64,000 nucleotides of DNA from an uncultured delta proteobacterium (GCA_963753975.1 CAVWEH010000005.1:1-64000); one strand, 5' to 3'. Numbered from the stretch's first letter, positions 48,149 to 57,476 are shown. A program made the numbers and translations. Notes: a model not told the origin generated them from the sequence alone.

Positions 48149-49024
48149 ATGCCTGAAAATGTTTTTAAAAAAGAAATTCCGGAGTTAAAGATGCAAGATG
48201 TCGGCGGAGCCGATTTACCCTACCTTTACTATGAGGGAGAAGCTTCGCCGATTCTTTTTGCCCATGCGACAGGTTTTTTGCCCTGGCTCTGGCATCCGGT
48301 AATAAAACAGCTTGTGCCGCAAAACCAAATTTGGGTGCCGTATATCTGCAATTATCGCGAGTGTGATCCGGAAAAAGGCGGGCTAAGCTGGGACATTATC
48401 GCCAAGGATATATCAACCTTTTGCCGTTCTCTCAAAATCAAGAATCCTTTGTGTGTCGGGCACTCCATGGGCAGTACAGTACTGACCATCGCCGCCGCCG
48501 GTTACGGCATAGAACCTCGCGGCATGATTTTAATCGAACCGATTTTCCTGCCGGAAGAATTTTACTCCTTGAAAGCCACAGTGAAAGATCATCCGCTGGC
48601 TTCGAAATCGATAAAAAGGACAAATCATTGGAAAAATGAAGACGAAGCCTGGGCTTATCTAAAATCAAAACCTCTTTTTTCCGATTGGGATGAGGAAGTT
48701 CTGACGCTATACCTCAAATACGGCATGGAAAAACAAAAAGCAGGAGATTTAAAACTTGCCTGTACGCCGGAAAGCGAGGCGGCGATGTTTATGGGCGGCT
48801 GGAGCAGGAATCCCTGGCCGCTGCTCGATAAATTGACTTGTCCGGTGTTGGTTGTGGAAGGAGAAAAAAGCGAAAATAAAAAATTTATCGATCTGAAAAG
48901 AGCGGTATCTTTATTGCACCGCGGCAAATATAAGTTAGTTGAAGGAGCCGGGCACTTAATCCCCATGCAGAAGCCCAAAGAAGTAGCTCAAATCATAAAA
49001 GAATATTTAGCGGAAATAATATAA
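48149..49024 (+). CDS. Alpha/beta hydrolase
   Basis: HATGF, GHSMG, GHLIPM. Confidence 0.9.
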   Translation: MPENVFKKEIPELKMQDVGGADLPYLYYEGEASPILFAHATGFLPWLWHPVIKQLVPQNQIWVPYICNYRECDPEKGGLSWDIIAKDISTFCRSLKIKNPLCVGHSMGSTVLTIAAAGYGIEPRGMILIEPIFLPEEFYSLKATVKDHPLASKSIKRTNHWKNEDEAWAYLKSKPLFSDWDEEVLTLYLKYGMEKQKAGDLKLACTPESEAAMFMGGWSRNPWPLLDKLTCPVLVVEGEKSENKKFIDLKRAVSLLHRGKYKLVEGAGHLIPMQKPKEVAQIIKEYLAEII

Positions 49025-49034
49025 ACCGCAAAAA

Positions 49035-49181
49035 TCACAGGTATGAATTTCAAAGCAAGCTTTGGGAACCTTTCCGCAGCGAACCGCGCGACATTTATAT
49101 TGCCCCGCTAAGCTTCACCCGCGGGATCAATTCGACCAACAAATTTCAGCGCACTTTGTTTCTGAAATTTGGGTCTCATTG
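49035..49181 (-). repeat. Composite hairpin repeat locus E (full unit 49128-49181)
   Basis: Minus strand CAATGA GACC CAAATTTCAG AA ACAAAGT GCG CTGAAATTTG TT GGTC GAATTG ATCCCGC; distal TCACAGGTATGAA..CAAAGCAAGCTTTGGG resembles locus A. Confidence 0.87.
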
Positions 49182-49193
49182 AGAAGAATCATT

Positions 49194-49478
49194 CTAACCG
49201 GCTCTCTTTATACCGGTTAATGCGGCAATCTTTTTTCCTTTCGGCATTCTTTTAATTCTGATTTCCAGGCGCATCGCTTCTTTTCTATTCATGCACCTAC
49301 TCATCGTTATTAACTTTACCGGCAGTCTTGATCGCGTGTATTTGGCGCCGGCCCCGTTATTATGAGTCGTAAGGCGTTTTTTGACATCGTTTGTCAAACC
49401 AGTGTAAAAACTATTATCCCTGCATCGCAGAAGATATACCACCCATGTTTTGCTCGTCGGCTTCTTTTTTGCTTTCAT
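49194..49478 (-). CDS. Small GIY-YIG nuclease (UPF0213/YhbQ-like)
   Basis: VYLLRC..FYTG.TND..KRL..HN.G.GAKYTR. Confidence 0.9.
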   Translation of the reverse strand: MKAKKKPTSKTWVVYLLRCRDNSFYTGLTNDVKKRLTTHNNGAGAKYTRSRLPVKLITMSRCMNRKEAMRLEIRIKRMPKGKKIAALTGIKRAG

Positions 49479-49538
49479 AATTGCAAAACTATATCACATC
49501 ATCAGCACCACGCCACACATTTTGTGGCCAAAATCCTC

Positions 49539-49568
49539 TTGACACACAAAATCCTCCCTGCGTATTAT
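49539..49568 (+). promoter_or_regulatory. Candidate sigma70 promoter of the pnt operon
   Basis: TTGACA-18-TATTAT. Confidence 0.5.
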
Positions 49569-49739
49569 AATCCAATTTCGGATGAATGTTTATAAAATTA
49601 AGTGGCCGCGTTCTCAGTACAAGATGCTTGACTCATCGAGCGCAGAGGGTTTACTTCTGAGTCGATGACGGGTATGAGGGCCGGCAGATCATATATGTCC
49701 GGGTTATGAATTTTAAAAATCTTGGTATGGAGGAATATC

Positions 49740-50900
49740 ATGTCCGTTGTAATCGGCGTGCTCCGGGAGACGGCTTCCGAAGAACGGCGTGTTGCTGTTG
49801 TGCCTGAAGTGGTCAAAAAGTTCAAATCGCTTGGCGTGGAGTTCTGCATTGAATACGGAGCCGGGGCAGGCAGTTATTTTCAAGATGGAGATTTCAGCCC
49901 GTCGAGCATTGTTGAAAACAGTAACGAGGTGTTCGCTCAATCCCAGATCATCTTCAAAGTGCAGCCACCGTCGCTCACCGAAATTCGGTTAATGCGGCCG
50001 GGCAGCATCCTCATCGGATTTCTAAATCCATACCAAGGTGTGGATCGGGCTCTCCTCCTGTGCGAAAAAAAAATCACCAGTTTTGCCGTCGAGTTGATTC
50101 CGCGTATTTCCCGCGCCCAAAGCATGGATGCTCTTACGTCCCAGGCCACAGTGGCCGGCTATCAATGTGCTCTTATTGCCGGCGTGCTCTCCCCTAAATT
50201 CTTTCCCATGATAACGTATGCCGCGGGCACGCTGCGTCCCGCGCGGGTACTAATAATCGGCGCGGGGGTCGCCGGGCTTCAAGCGATAGCAACCGTGCAC
50301 CGTCTCGGCGCCATCGCGGAGGCCTATGACGTTCGACAGGAGACCAGGGAGCAGGTCGAGTCCTTGGGTGCGAGGTTCGTCGACACCGGCGTGGCAGTTG
50401 ATGCTTCGGGTGGTTATGCACGCGAGCTAACCGACGAAGAAAAGAAGAATCAGAAGGAAAAATTGGCAAAAGCCGTCTCCCGGGCTGATGTGCTGATTAC
50501 CACGGCTGCGATTCCCGGCAAAAAAAGTCCGCTCATCATCACCGAAGACATGGTGCAGGGAATGAAACAGGGCTCGGTCATTGTGGATATGGCTGCCGAT
50601 TCAGGCGGCAATGTTGCCGGTTCGCGGCCCGGGGAAACGGTTGTTGTCCACGGTGTAAGCATTGTCGGCACCGTCAATCTTCCGTCCCGCATGCCGGTCC
50701 ATGCTTCCGAGATGTACTCGAAAAACCTGTTCAACTTCATTTCGCCGTTTATTAAGGCAGGCGAACTTCAGCTTGATTGGAACGATGAAGTCATTGCGGG
50801 CAGCGTCTTTACGCATGAAGGCCGGATACAACACGACGGGGCGAGGAAAGCACTGGAGGAATATACAAGCTCCAAATCTCAGGCATCAAATTCCAAATAA
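49740..50900 (+). CDS. pntA: NAD(P) transhydrogenase subunit alpha, part 1
   Basis: ERRVA, PRISRAQSMD, GAGVAGLQA, GGYA; GGAGG RBS. Confidence 0.95.
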   Translation: MSVVIGVLRETASEERRVAVVPEVVKKFKSLGVEFCIEYGAGAGSYFQDGDFSPSSIVENSNEVFAQSQIIFKVQPPSLTEIRLMRPGSILIGFLNPYQGVDRALLLCEKKITSFAVELIPRISRAQSMDALTSQATVAGYQCALIAGVLSPKFFPMITYAAGTLRPARVLIIGAGVAGLQAIATVHRLGAIAEAYDVRQETREQVESLGARFVDTGVAVDASGGYARELTDEEKKNQKEKLAKAVSRADVLITTAAIPGKKSPLIITEDMVQGMKQGSVIVDMAADSGGNVAGSRPGETVVVHGVSIVGTVNLPSRMPVHASEMYSKNLFNFISPFIKAGELQLDWNDEVIAGSVFTHEGRIQHDGARKALEEYTSSKSQASNSK

Positions 50901-50978
50901 ATTTCAGACGCAAATTTCAGCTTGTTTCGATATGTTGTCGATTAAATAGTATTTGAGATTTTATGAGGGAGGCATTTC

Positions 50979-51266
50979 ATGGAAGGATTTGTTGCGCTCT
51001 ATATTTTCATGCTGGCTGCTTTTACGGGCTATGAGGTGATTGCGCGTGTGCCCGTGATTCTGCATACGCCTCTCATGTCCGGCTCGAACTTCGTCCATGG
51101 TGTCGTGCTCGTGGGCGCCATGGTCGCGCTGGGACAAGCAAATACAGTGATTGAACAGGTGATCGGGTTTGTCGCCGTACTCTTCGGTGCGGCCAACGCT
51201 GCGGGCGGCTATGTGGTTACGGAACGCATGCTCGCCATGTTCAAGAGCGGGAAGGACAACAAATGA
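50979..51266 (+). CDS. pntA: NAD(P) transhydrogenase subunit alpha, part 2
   Basis: LHTPLMSGSN, GGYVVTERML. Confidence 0.95.
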   Translation: MEGFVALYIFMLAAFTGYEVIARVPVILHTPLMSGSNFVHGVVLVGAMVALGQANTVIEQVIGFVAVLFGAANAAGGYVVTERMLAMFKSGKDNK

Positions 51267-52642
51267 GCACGAGCATCCTGATCAATGCAAGCTACTTCGT
51301 TGTCGCGGTCCTCTTCATCCTCGGTCTGAAAAGTATGTCCTCGCCGGTCACAGCCCGGCGAGGTATCCTCTGGGCCGGTGCAGGCATGGTGCTCGCCACG
51401 TTCGTTACATTCGGCTGGCCGGGGATGACCAATTATACGCTGATCGTAATCGCGCTTGCTCTTGGCGGCGGCGCAGCATGGTGGTCGGGCAGGGTGGTAA
51501 AAATGACCGATATGCCGCAGATGGTCGCCATCTACAACGGCATGGGCGGTGGTGCAGCGGCGGCAATCGCCGCCGTCAAACTCACCTGCTGCGAGATGCA
51601 CAGCACCGCGGTTGTTACCTTGGCTGTTCTGGGGGCAATCATGGGGACTGTATCCTTTTCCGGCTCCTTTATCGCCTTTGCCAAGCTGCAAGGTATCATG
51701 AATAGGACGTATCGCCTGCCGACGCAGAATATTGTGAACATTATTCTGAATGTGTTAACGTTCCTCGTGAGCATCGCGATCGTGACCTCTGCCCACCCCG
51801 CCCCGATTCTGATTGTCGCTCTCTTTGTGCTCTCGCTTACGCTGGGTATAATCATCACCATGCCCATCGGGGGCGCCGACATGCCCGTCATGATCTCGCT
51901 TTTTAACGCGACCACCGGCCTCGCCGTGGGCTTTGAAGGCTTCGTCCTCGCCAATCCCGCGCTTATCATTGCCGGCATTGTAGTGGGTTCGGCAGGCACC
52001 TTGCTCACGCAACGCATGGCAAAAGCTATGAACCGGTCGCTGACAAGTATTCTGTTCAACCCGATCACCGGCGAGGCGCAAACAGGCGGCGGGGGCATCG
52101 TCGGCACGATGAAAGAAGCGACCGCCATGGATGCCGCTGCCATGATGCGTTATGCACGTAAAGTTATTGTCGTGCCCGGTTACGGAATGGCTGTGGCCCA
52201 GGCCCAGCACAAGGTATGGGAGATGGCAGAACTCCTGGAAGAGTTGGGAGTGGAGGTCAAGTTTGCCATTCATCCCGTGGCGGGCCGTATGCCCGGCCAC
52301 ATGAACGTACTGCTCGCGGAAGCGGGCGTACCGTATGAAAAGATATTCGATCTCGATCAGATAAACGCGGAATTCCCGCAGACGGACGTGGCGCTGGTGA
52401 TCGGCGCGAACGATGTTGTGAACCCGGTTGCGCGCACGGACAAGTCCAGCCCCATTTACGGCATGCCCATCCTGGATGCTGATAAGGCCCGGAACGTTAT
52501 TGTTATTAAGCGCGGCAAGGGCGCAGGATATTCCGGCATCGAGAATGCTCTCTTCTATGCAGAGAATACGCGTATGCTCTATGGTAGTGCACAGCAGGCC
52601 GTAAGTTCGGTGATCCAGTATATTAAGGAAATGGCATCGTGA
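51263..52642 (+). CDS. pntB: NAD(P) transhydrogenase subunit beta
   Basis: MPIGGADMP, PGYGMAVAQ, HPVAGRMPGHMNV, GANDVVNP. Confidence 0.96.
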   Translation: MSTSILINASYFVVAVLFILGLKSMSSPVTARRGILWAGAGMVLATFVTFGWPGMTNYTLIVIALALGGGAAWWSGRVVKMTDMPQMVAIYNGMGGGAAAAIAAVKLTCCEMHSTAVVTLAVLGAIMGTVSFSGSFIAFAKLQGIMNRTYRLPTQNIVNIILNVLTFLVSIAIVTSAHPAPILIVALFVLSLTLGIIITMPIGGADMPVMISLFNATTGLAVGFEGFVLANPALIIAGIVVGSAGTLLTQRMAKAMNRSLTSILFNPITGEAQTGGGGIVGTMKEATAMDAAAMMRYARKVIVVPGYGMAVAQAQHKVWEMAELLEELGVEVKFAIHPVAGRMPGHMNVLLAEAGVPYEKIFDLDQINAEFPQTDVALVIGANDVVNPVARTDKSSPIYGMPILDADKARNVIVIKRGKGAGYSGIENALFYAENTRMLYGSAQQAVSSVIQYIKEMAS

Positions 52643-52682
52643 TGAAATATCCCTGGCCAGATACAAGCATGAATATTACCTT

Positions 52683-53072
52683 TTATTTGACAATTTTCAA
52701 CCGGATCCGTTCCTGATATTCCATAATCTCATTTCTCAAAATATTGAGATCGGCAATGCGATCATCAAGCCTTTTCAGGTGATTGCCCAAAAGTTCGAGT
52801 AAGCGTTTGAGCACTTTTTCATTCGATTTCTCGATTGTCCACATTGCTTCGAGTTCCTGCATTTCCGAAAGCGTCATACCCATAATTTTCAGTCTTTTGA
52901 TCAGTTTCAGGCGGCGCAGATCAACATCGGTATAAACCCGGCGGCCCCCTTCCACGCGCTTGATGGAATTGAGCAGTCCGATTTCTTCGTAGTAGCGTAT
53001 CGTCCGCTGGCTCATCTCCAGCTTTTCAGCCAGCTCTCCAATGCTGCGTTCCGTCTCCATAGGTTTCTTCAT
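52683..53072 (-). CDS. MerR-family regulator (LiuR-like)
   Basis: IGELA..RTIRYYEEIGLL..RRVY..RLKLI. Confidence 0.9.
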   Translation of the reverse strand: MKKPMETERSIGELAEKLEMSQRTIRYYEEIGLLNSIKRVEGGRRVYTDVDLRRLKLIKRLKIMGMTLSEMQELEAMWTIEKSNEKVLKRLLELLGNHLKRLDDRIADLNILRNEIMEYQERIRLKIVK

Positions 53073-53088
53073 GGTCGCCTCGCGATGC

Positions 53089-54729
53089 TTATACAGAATA
53101 TTTTTGGGCAAAGGTTTCCTTCATTTTATATTTTTGAATCTTGCCGCTGGCCGTCATCGGAAAAGTATCAACGAACTCCCAATATTTGGGAATCTTGTGC
53201 CGGGCAATCTTACCCTTGCAGAACTCGCTCATCTCTTCGGGTGTGGCTTTCTGCCCATCCTTGAGCTGAAGCGCCGCCAGAACCTGCTCTCCATATTTTT
53301 TATCGGGAATTCCTATCACCTGCACATTGACAACCTTCGGGTGTTTATAAAGAAATTCCTCTATTTCCCGGGGATAGATATTTTCACCGCCGCGGATAAT
53401 CATGTCTTTAATCCGCCCGGTCACTTTGAAATAGCCGTTTTTATCCACTTCGCCCAAATCGCCCGTGTGCAGCCAGCCTTCTTTATCAATGGCCTCCGCC
53501 GTGGCTTCGGGCATCTTGTAATACCCCTTCATCACGCAGGCGCTGCGGGTGACAATCTCACCCTGAATATCGGCAGGTAAATCTTTCCCGCTTTCCGGAT
53601 CGATAATTTTGCCTTCAATATCCGGCAGGAGCCTGCCGACAGTTGCCACCCGCAACTCCACCGGATCGTCGCGCCGCGTCATCGTCATAACTGGAGCCGA
53701 CTCTGTCTGGCCAAAAGCAATTACAATTTCTTCACAGTGCATCTTCGTTCTGACTTGATTCATGGTTTCTTCGGGGCATGGCGCTCCGGCCATAATGCCT
53801 GTCCGCAGAGACTGCAAATCGTAGAGATTAAAATCGGGATGATTCAACATTGCCACAAACATCGTCGGCACTCCGTTTACCGCCGTGCAGCGCTCCGCGG
53901 CAATTGACTGAAGAGCTTTGGCGGGATCGAAGAATTCCAAAACAACCATAGTCGAGCCGTGATACACACAATTCATCGTGCTCATCACACAGCCGAAGCA
54001 ATGAAACAACGGCACCGGAATCAGAAGAGAGTCTTTTTCGGTCATACCCATTACATCCCCGACCATGCGGCCGTTGTTGACAACATTGTGGTGAGTCAGC
54101 ATGACACCTTTGGGGAAACCGGTCGTCCCCGACGTATACTGCATATTGATGACATCGTGATCATCAAGAGATTTCATCCGGTCATCCAATTCCTGATCCG
54201 TGATATTTTTCCCCTTGTTAATCAAATCGGCAAACCGGAACATCCCGGGCGTGTTTTCTCTCGGGCCGATAAAAATGACGGTTTTCATCAAGGGAAGTTT
54301 TGCTGAAACCAGACGTCCCGGTTTACAGGCATCCAATTCCGGAACGATACGCCGGACAGTTTCATAAAAGCTCGTGTCCCGGTAAGATTCCATAAGAAAG
54401 AGCGCTTTCGAATCGGATTGTTTCAGGATGTACTCCAATTCATGGGATTGATAACTGGTATTGACCGTCACCAGAACCCCGCCGATCATTCCCAGGGAAA
54501 ATTGCAAATAGATCCACTCCGGAATATTAGTCGTCCATACGGACACATTGTCCCCCCTTTTGATGCCCATAGCCATAAGCCCTTTGGCAATGGCTTTGCA
54601 GTTATCATAAAAATCATGATAATTTTGCCGGACACCGAATTCGGGATGGATAAGGGCGAGATTTTTCGGATAGCGCACTGCCGTTTCCCGGATTACCTGG
54701 CCGATTGTTTTATGGACAAAGCCGGACAT
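53089..54729 (-). CDS. Acyl-CoA synthetase (AMP-binding)
   Basis: QYTSGTTGFPKG, PLFHCFG, GQTE, TGDLG, GGENIYPREIE. Confidence 0.93.
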   Translation of the reverse strand: MSGFVHKTIGQVIRETAVRYPKNLALIHPEFGVRQNYHDFYDNCKAIAKGLMAMGIKRGDNVSVWTTNIPEWIYLQFSLGMIGGVLVTVNTSYQSHELEYILKQSDSKALFLMESYRDTSFYETVRRIVPELDACKPGRLVSAKLPLMKTVIFIGPRENTPGMFRFADLINKGKNITDQELDDRMKSLDDHDVINMQYTSGTTGFPKGVMLTHHNVVNNGRMVGDVMGMTEKDSLLIPVPLFHCFGCVMSTMNCVYHGSTMVVLEFFDPAKALQSIAAERCTAVNGVPTMFVAMLNHPDFNLYDLQSLRTGIMAGAPCPEETMNQVRTKMHCEEIVIAFGQTESAPVMTMTRRDDPVELRVATVGRLLPDIEGKIIDPESGKDLPADIQGEIVTRSACVMKGYYKMPEATAEAIDKEGWLHTGDLGEVDKNGYFKVTGRIKDMIIRGGENIYPREIEEFLYKHPKVVNVQVIGIPDKKYGEQVLAALQLKDGQKATPEEMSEFCKGKIARHKIPKYWEFVDTFPMTASGKIQKYKMKETFAQKYSV

Positions 54730-54790
54730 AAAATACCCCCTTATTTATTGGATATCGGCAACGTATTGCCACTTAACGTAAACTGGGTTG

Positions 54791-54818
54791 AGTATAATGG
54801 AATTTACGAATCTGTCAA
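54791..54818 (-). promoter_or_regulatory. Sigma70 promoter of the acyl-CoA synthetase-MerR operon
   Basis: TTGACA-16-TATACT. Confidence 0.65.
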
Positions 54819-54965
54819 GAAATATTAGCCAGTTAATGCCGCCAACCGGTTTGCTTTCTTTGTAAACAAAACTATCTGCAGAAAAAAAGATTCTAATTAT
54901 TTTACGATTTTAACTATATATGATAAGTTAATTATACATTTGATAAGATGAGTATGAGGGATATT

Positions 54966-55394
54966 ATGTGGATCAATATAAACAATGTTTGGCCAATGAG
55001 AGCGAAAAGTATATTATTTTTCTTCTTGCTCCTTTTTCTCGGTATTCTTGGCTCGTGTTCATTAAAGCCTGCTATCGTTTCTCCGGAGGGAACATGGGAC
55101 TATCCCGGGGGTGCCACTGAGCCGATGTCTATGGTTTTTCATTCGGACGGTAAACTTACTTTTGTCGGCGGTTTTAAAAAGTTCGAGCCGGCGACATGGC
55201 ACTATGATAAAAAGACGCAGATTTTGCAGATAAAGGTTTCGAATTACGATAAAGCCGATAACAAATGCGGCGAATATGACGATGAACAATATTCCTGCTT
55301 GCTTTATATTAGCAGTACGGACTCCTTCGGATGCCAATTGACCTCCAAGACCAAGAGCCTCAGTTTTTTAGGGTGGAATTTTTTGCGAAAGTAG
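54966..55394 (+). CDS. Hypothetical lipoprotein
   Basis: Hydrophobic signal ending in LGSC; start uncertain. Confidence 0.65.
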   Translation: MWININNVWPMRAKSILFFFLLLFLGILGSCSLKPAIVSPEGTWDYPGGATEPMSMVFHSDGKLTFVGGFKKFEPATWHYDKKTQILQIKVSNYDKADNKCGEYDDEQYSCLLYISSTDSFGCQLTSKTKSLSFLGWNFLRK

Positions 55395-55449
55395 TTGCGC
55401 GTAAAGATCGTTAAGAAGCCTCAGTAAATTTTTGTCATTCAAGGAGGAA

Positions 55450-56241
55450 ATGATGATTGATCAAAATCTTATTGAGAACATAAAACGATACGGATCATTC
55501 AAGGACACAGGCGAAGGCAGAATCAAAATAATAAAAGATATTGGTTTCCGGATGGACCAGAAGGCTGAATACGCCGTTATCAGCGGGTGCGTTCAGCCCG
55601 AGGCTATGCCTCAAGCCTTCAAGGCTTTATATAATCTTTTGGAAAACCTCAAGATTGATTATACTTTACTTTCCAAAGAATTCTGCTGCGGATGGCTGCC
55701 GATGGGCCAGACTGCCGTTATCACCAAGAACGATCCAGACATTGTTCAATTCAGAGAGATTTCCAGGGGCTTCATCGCGGAAAATTTCCGACAAGCGGAG
55801 ACGCTGGGAGTTCAGTCAATTGTTTTATTCTGTTCAGCTTGTGAACCTAATTACAGCAATTATAAAAAAGATACAAAATTGAATGTTCTGCACTACACTG
55901 AATTATTAAACAGATATTTCCAAGGCGGCAAATTGAACACTGAAGTTGATTACTATGCCGGATGTTACCGCTTCCGACGCAAGATTACAGACGAGAAGCT
56001 CGATGTGGAGCCGGCAGTCAGTCTCTTAAACAAAATCAACTGCCTGAAAGTAAATTATCTCAATAACGATCTATGCTGCAATAAACAGCCTAACTTTGAT
56101 GAGCTTTCTGCTGCTTTAAAAACAAAAAAGCTGATAACTATCTGTACAGGATGCTATCACAGCCTCACTGGGAAGCTAACCGGCAGGAGCGATTACAGCG
56201 TCGAAATGTTACCTCAACTATTACTTGAATCTATAAAATGA
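55450..56241 (+). CDS. CCG-domain (HdrB/GlpC-like) Fe-S protein
   Basis: SGC, EFCCG, CSAC, YAGC, CC, CTGC; AAGGAGG RBS. Confidence 0.8.
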   Translation: MMIDQNLIENIKRYGSFKDTGEGRIKIIKDIGFRMDQKAEYAVISGCVQPEAMPQAFKALYNLLENLKIDYTLLSKEFCCGWLPMGQTAVITKNDPDIVQFREISRGFIAENFRQAETLGVQSIVLFCSACEPNYSNYKKDTKLNVLHYTELLNRYFQGGKLNTEVDYYAGCYRFRRKITDEKLDVEPAVSLLNKINCLKVNYLNNDLCCNKQPNFDELSAALKTKKLITICTGCYHSLTGKLTGRSDYSVEMLPQLLLESIK

Positions 56242-56269
56242 TTCAGACAATTTAATGGAGCGTTTTCTA

Positions 56270-56338
56270 TTCGAATGCCAATTGACCTCCAAGACCAAAA
56301 GCCTCAGCTTTTTAGGCTGGAATTTTTTAAGGAAGTAA
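56270..56338 (+). repeat. Duplicated 3' end of the 54966-55394 gene
   Basis: 61/69 nt identical to 55326-55394. Confidence 0.9.
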
Positions 56339-56405
56339 CTATCTTTGCCAGCGTAACAAAAAAAGAGCGCTGTTCTTATTTATCAAGCTAAAGGAAATAA
56401 TAAAA

Positions 56406-57476
56406 ATGCCTATTGCTCAATTACAAATGTTACGCAAAGACGTCCGCGAATTTATGGAGAATTTTCAAAAATTACAAATAGAACTCGCCATACAGTACGC
56501 GATGGAATTTGCGCCGGAAATGATGCAAATTTGGCCAAAGGTTGCGGTAAATAACGAGAAGGCTATGAAACGTCAAGCTACCATCACGGACCTTTGGAAC
56601 GTGCTCAGCAAAGACGAGATGGTTATTATAGCAAAATCATTGCGTCACGTTTTGAACCAGATCACTACCGAGGCGTTGAAAAAAAACCCGCTACCGGCAG
56701 ATATTCGGCTAGAGAAAGTTGATGCGCGAGGAGTGCCCGCTGAATTTCAAACCGCTCCCGGAACAGACGAAGATTGCGTGATGTTGTTCTTTCATGGTGG
56801 CGGCATGGTGGTGGGTTCTATACATGATCACCGCCCTCTCAGCGTCGCGCTTGGAATTGCCACAAACATGCGCGTATTGAGCGTCGATTACAGACTCGCG
56901 CCCGAGTACCCGTTTCCTGCTGGTGTTGAAGACGGCACGGCCGCTTACGAATGGCTGCTGGCGCAAGGGCTCCACCCGAAAAATATTATTATCGCTGGAG
57001 ATTCAGCGGGCGGCACAATAACACTGGCGACAATCCTTAACCTGCGCAAAAAAGATATCCCCTTCCCACGGGGTGCAGTGTGTATATCCCCGGGAGTAGA
57101 TTATACGGTTATACCAGACTCTGCATACACAAATGCGCTGACTGATCCAATGTTAGCCGATGTTGGCTTGTTCTGGTGGATAATCGCCTATTTAGGTGCC
57201 GAGAAACCGACCGATCCGGCCAATCCGCTTGTTTCCCCATTACTCGGCGACTTCCATGGTTTCCCCCCGCTGCTTGTACAGGCTACTTCATCGGAAATTC
57301 TTTTTGAGGGGTGCCAAATGCTGGTGCAAAAGGCGCAAGAGGCAGGTGTTGATGCAACCTTGCAGACATGGGATGGACTGACTCACGTTTGGCACTTATA
57401 CGCTTTGGGTATATTGCCGGAAGCGCAAGAAGCAATTAACAAGATAGGCGATTGGGTGCGAAATCTTTTTGCGTAA
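56406..57476 (+). CDS. HSL-family esterase/lipase
   Basis: HGGG, DYRLAPE, GDSAGG, HVW. Confidence 0.92.
   Translation: MPIAQLQMLRKDVREFMENFQKLQIELAIQYAMEFAPEMMQIWPKVAVNNEKAMKRQATITDLWNVLSKDEMVIIAKSLRHVLNQITTEALKKNPLPADIRLEKVDARGVPAEFQTAPGTDEDCVMLFFHGGGMVVGSIHDHRPLSVALGIATNMRVLSVDYRLAPEYPFPAGVEDGTAAYEWLLAQGLHPKNIIIAGDSAGGTITLATILNLRKKDIPFPRGAVCISPGVDYTVIPDSAYTNALTDPMLADVGLFWWIIAYLGAEKPTDPANPLVSPLLGDFHGFPPLLVQATSSEILFEGCQMLVQKAQEAGVDATLQTWDGLTHVWHLYALGILPEAQEAINKIGDWVRNLFA

Noticed and set aside
51169..52666. Long alternative-frame and antisense ORFs over pntB (e.g. 51755-52666, 51532-52143)
   Set aside because: Shadow ORFs expected in GC-rich coding DNA; no recognisable motifs
56239..56241. 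Sec read-through of the TGA ending the CCG protein
   Set aside because: The domain appears complete, there is no SECIS-like hairpin, and a TAA follows within a few codons
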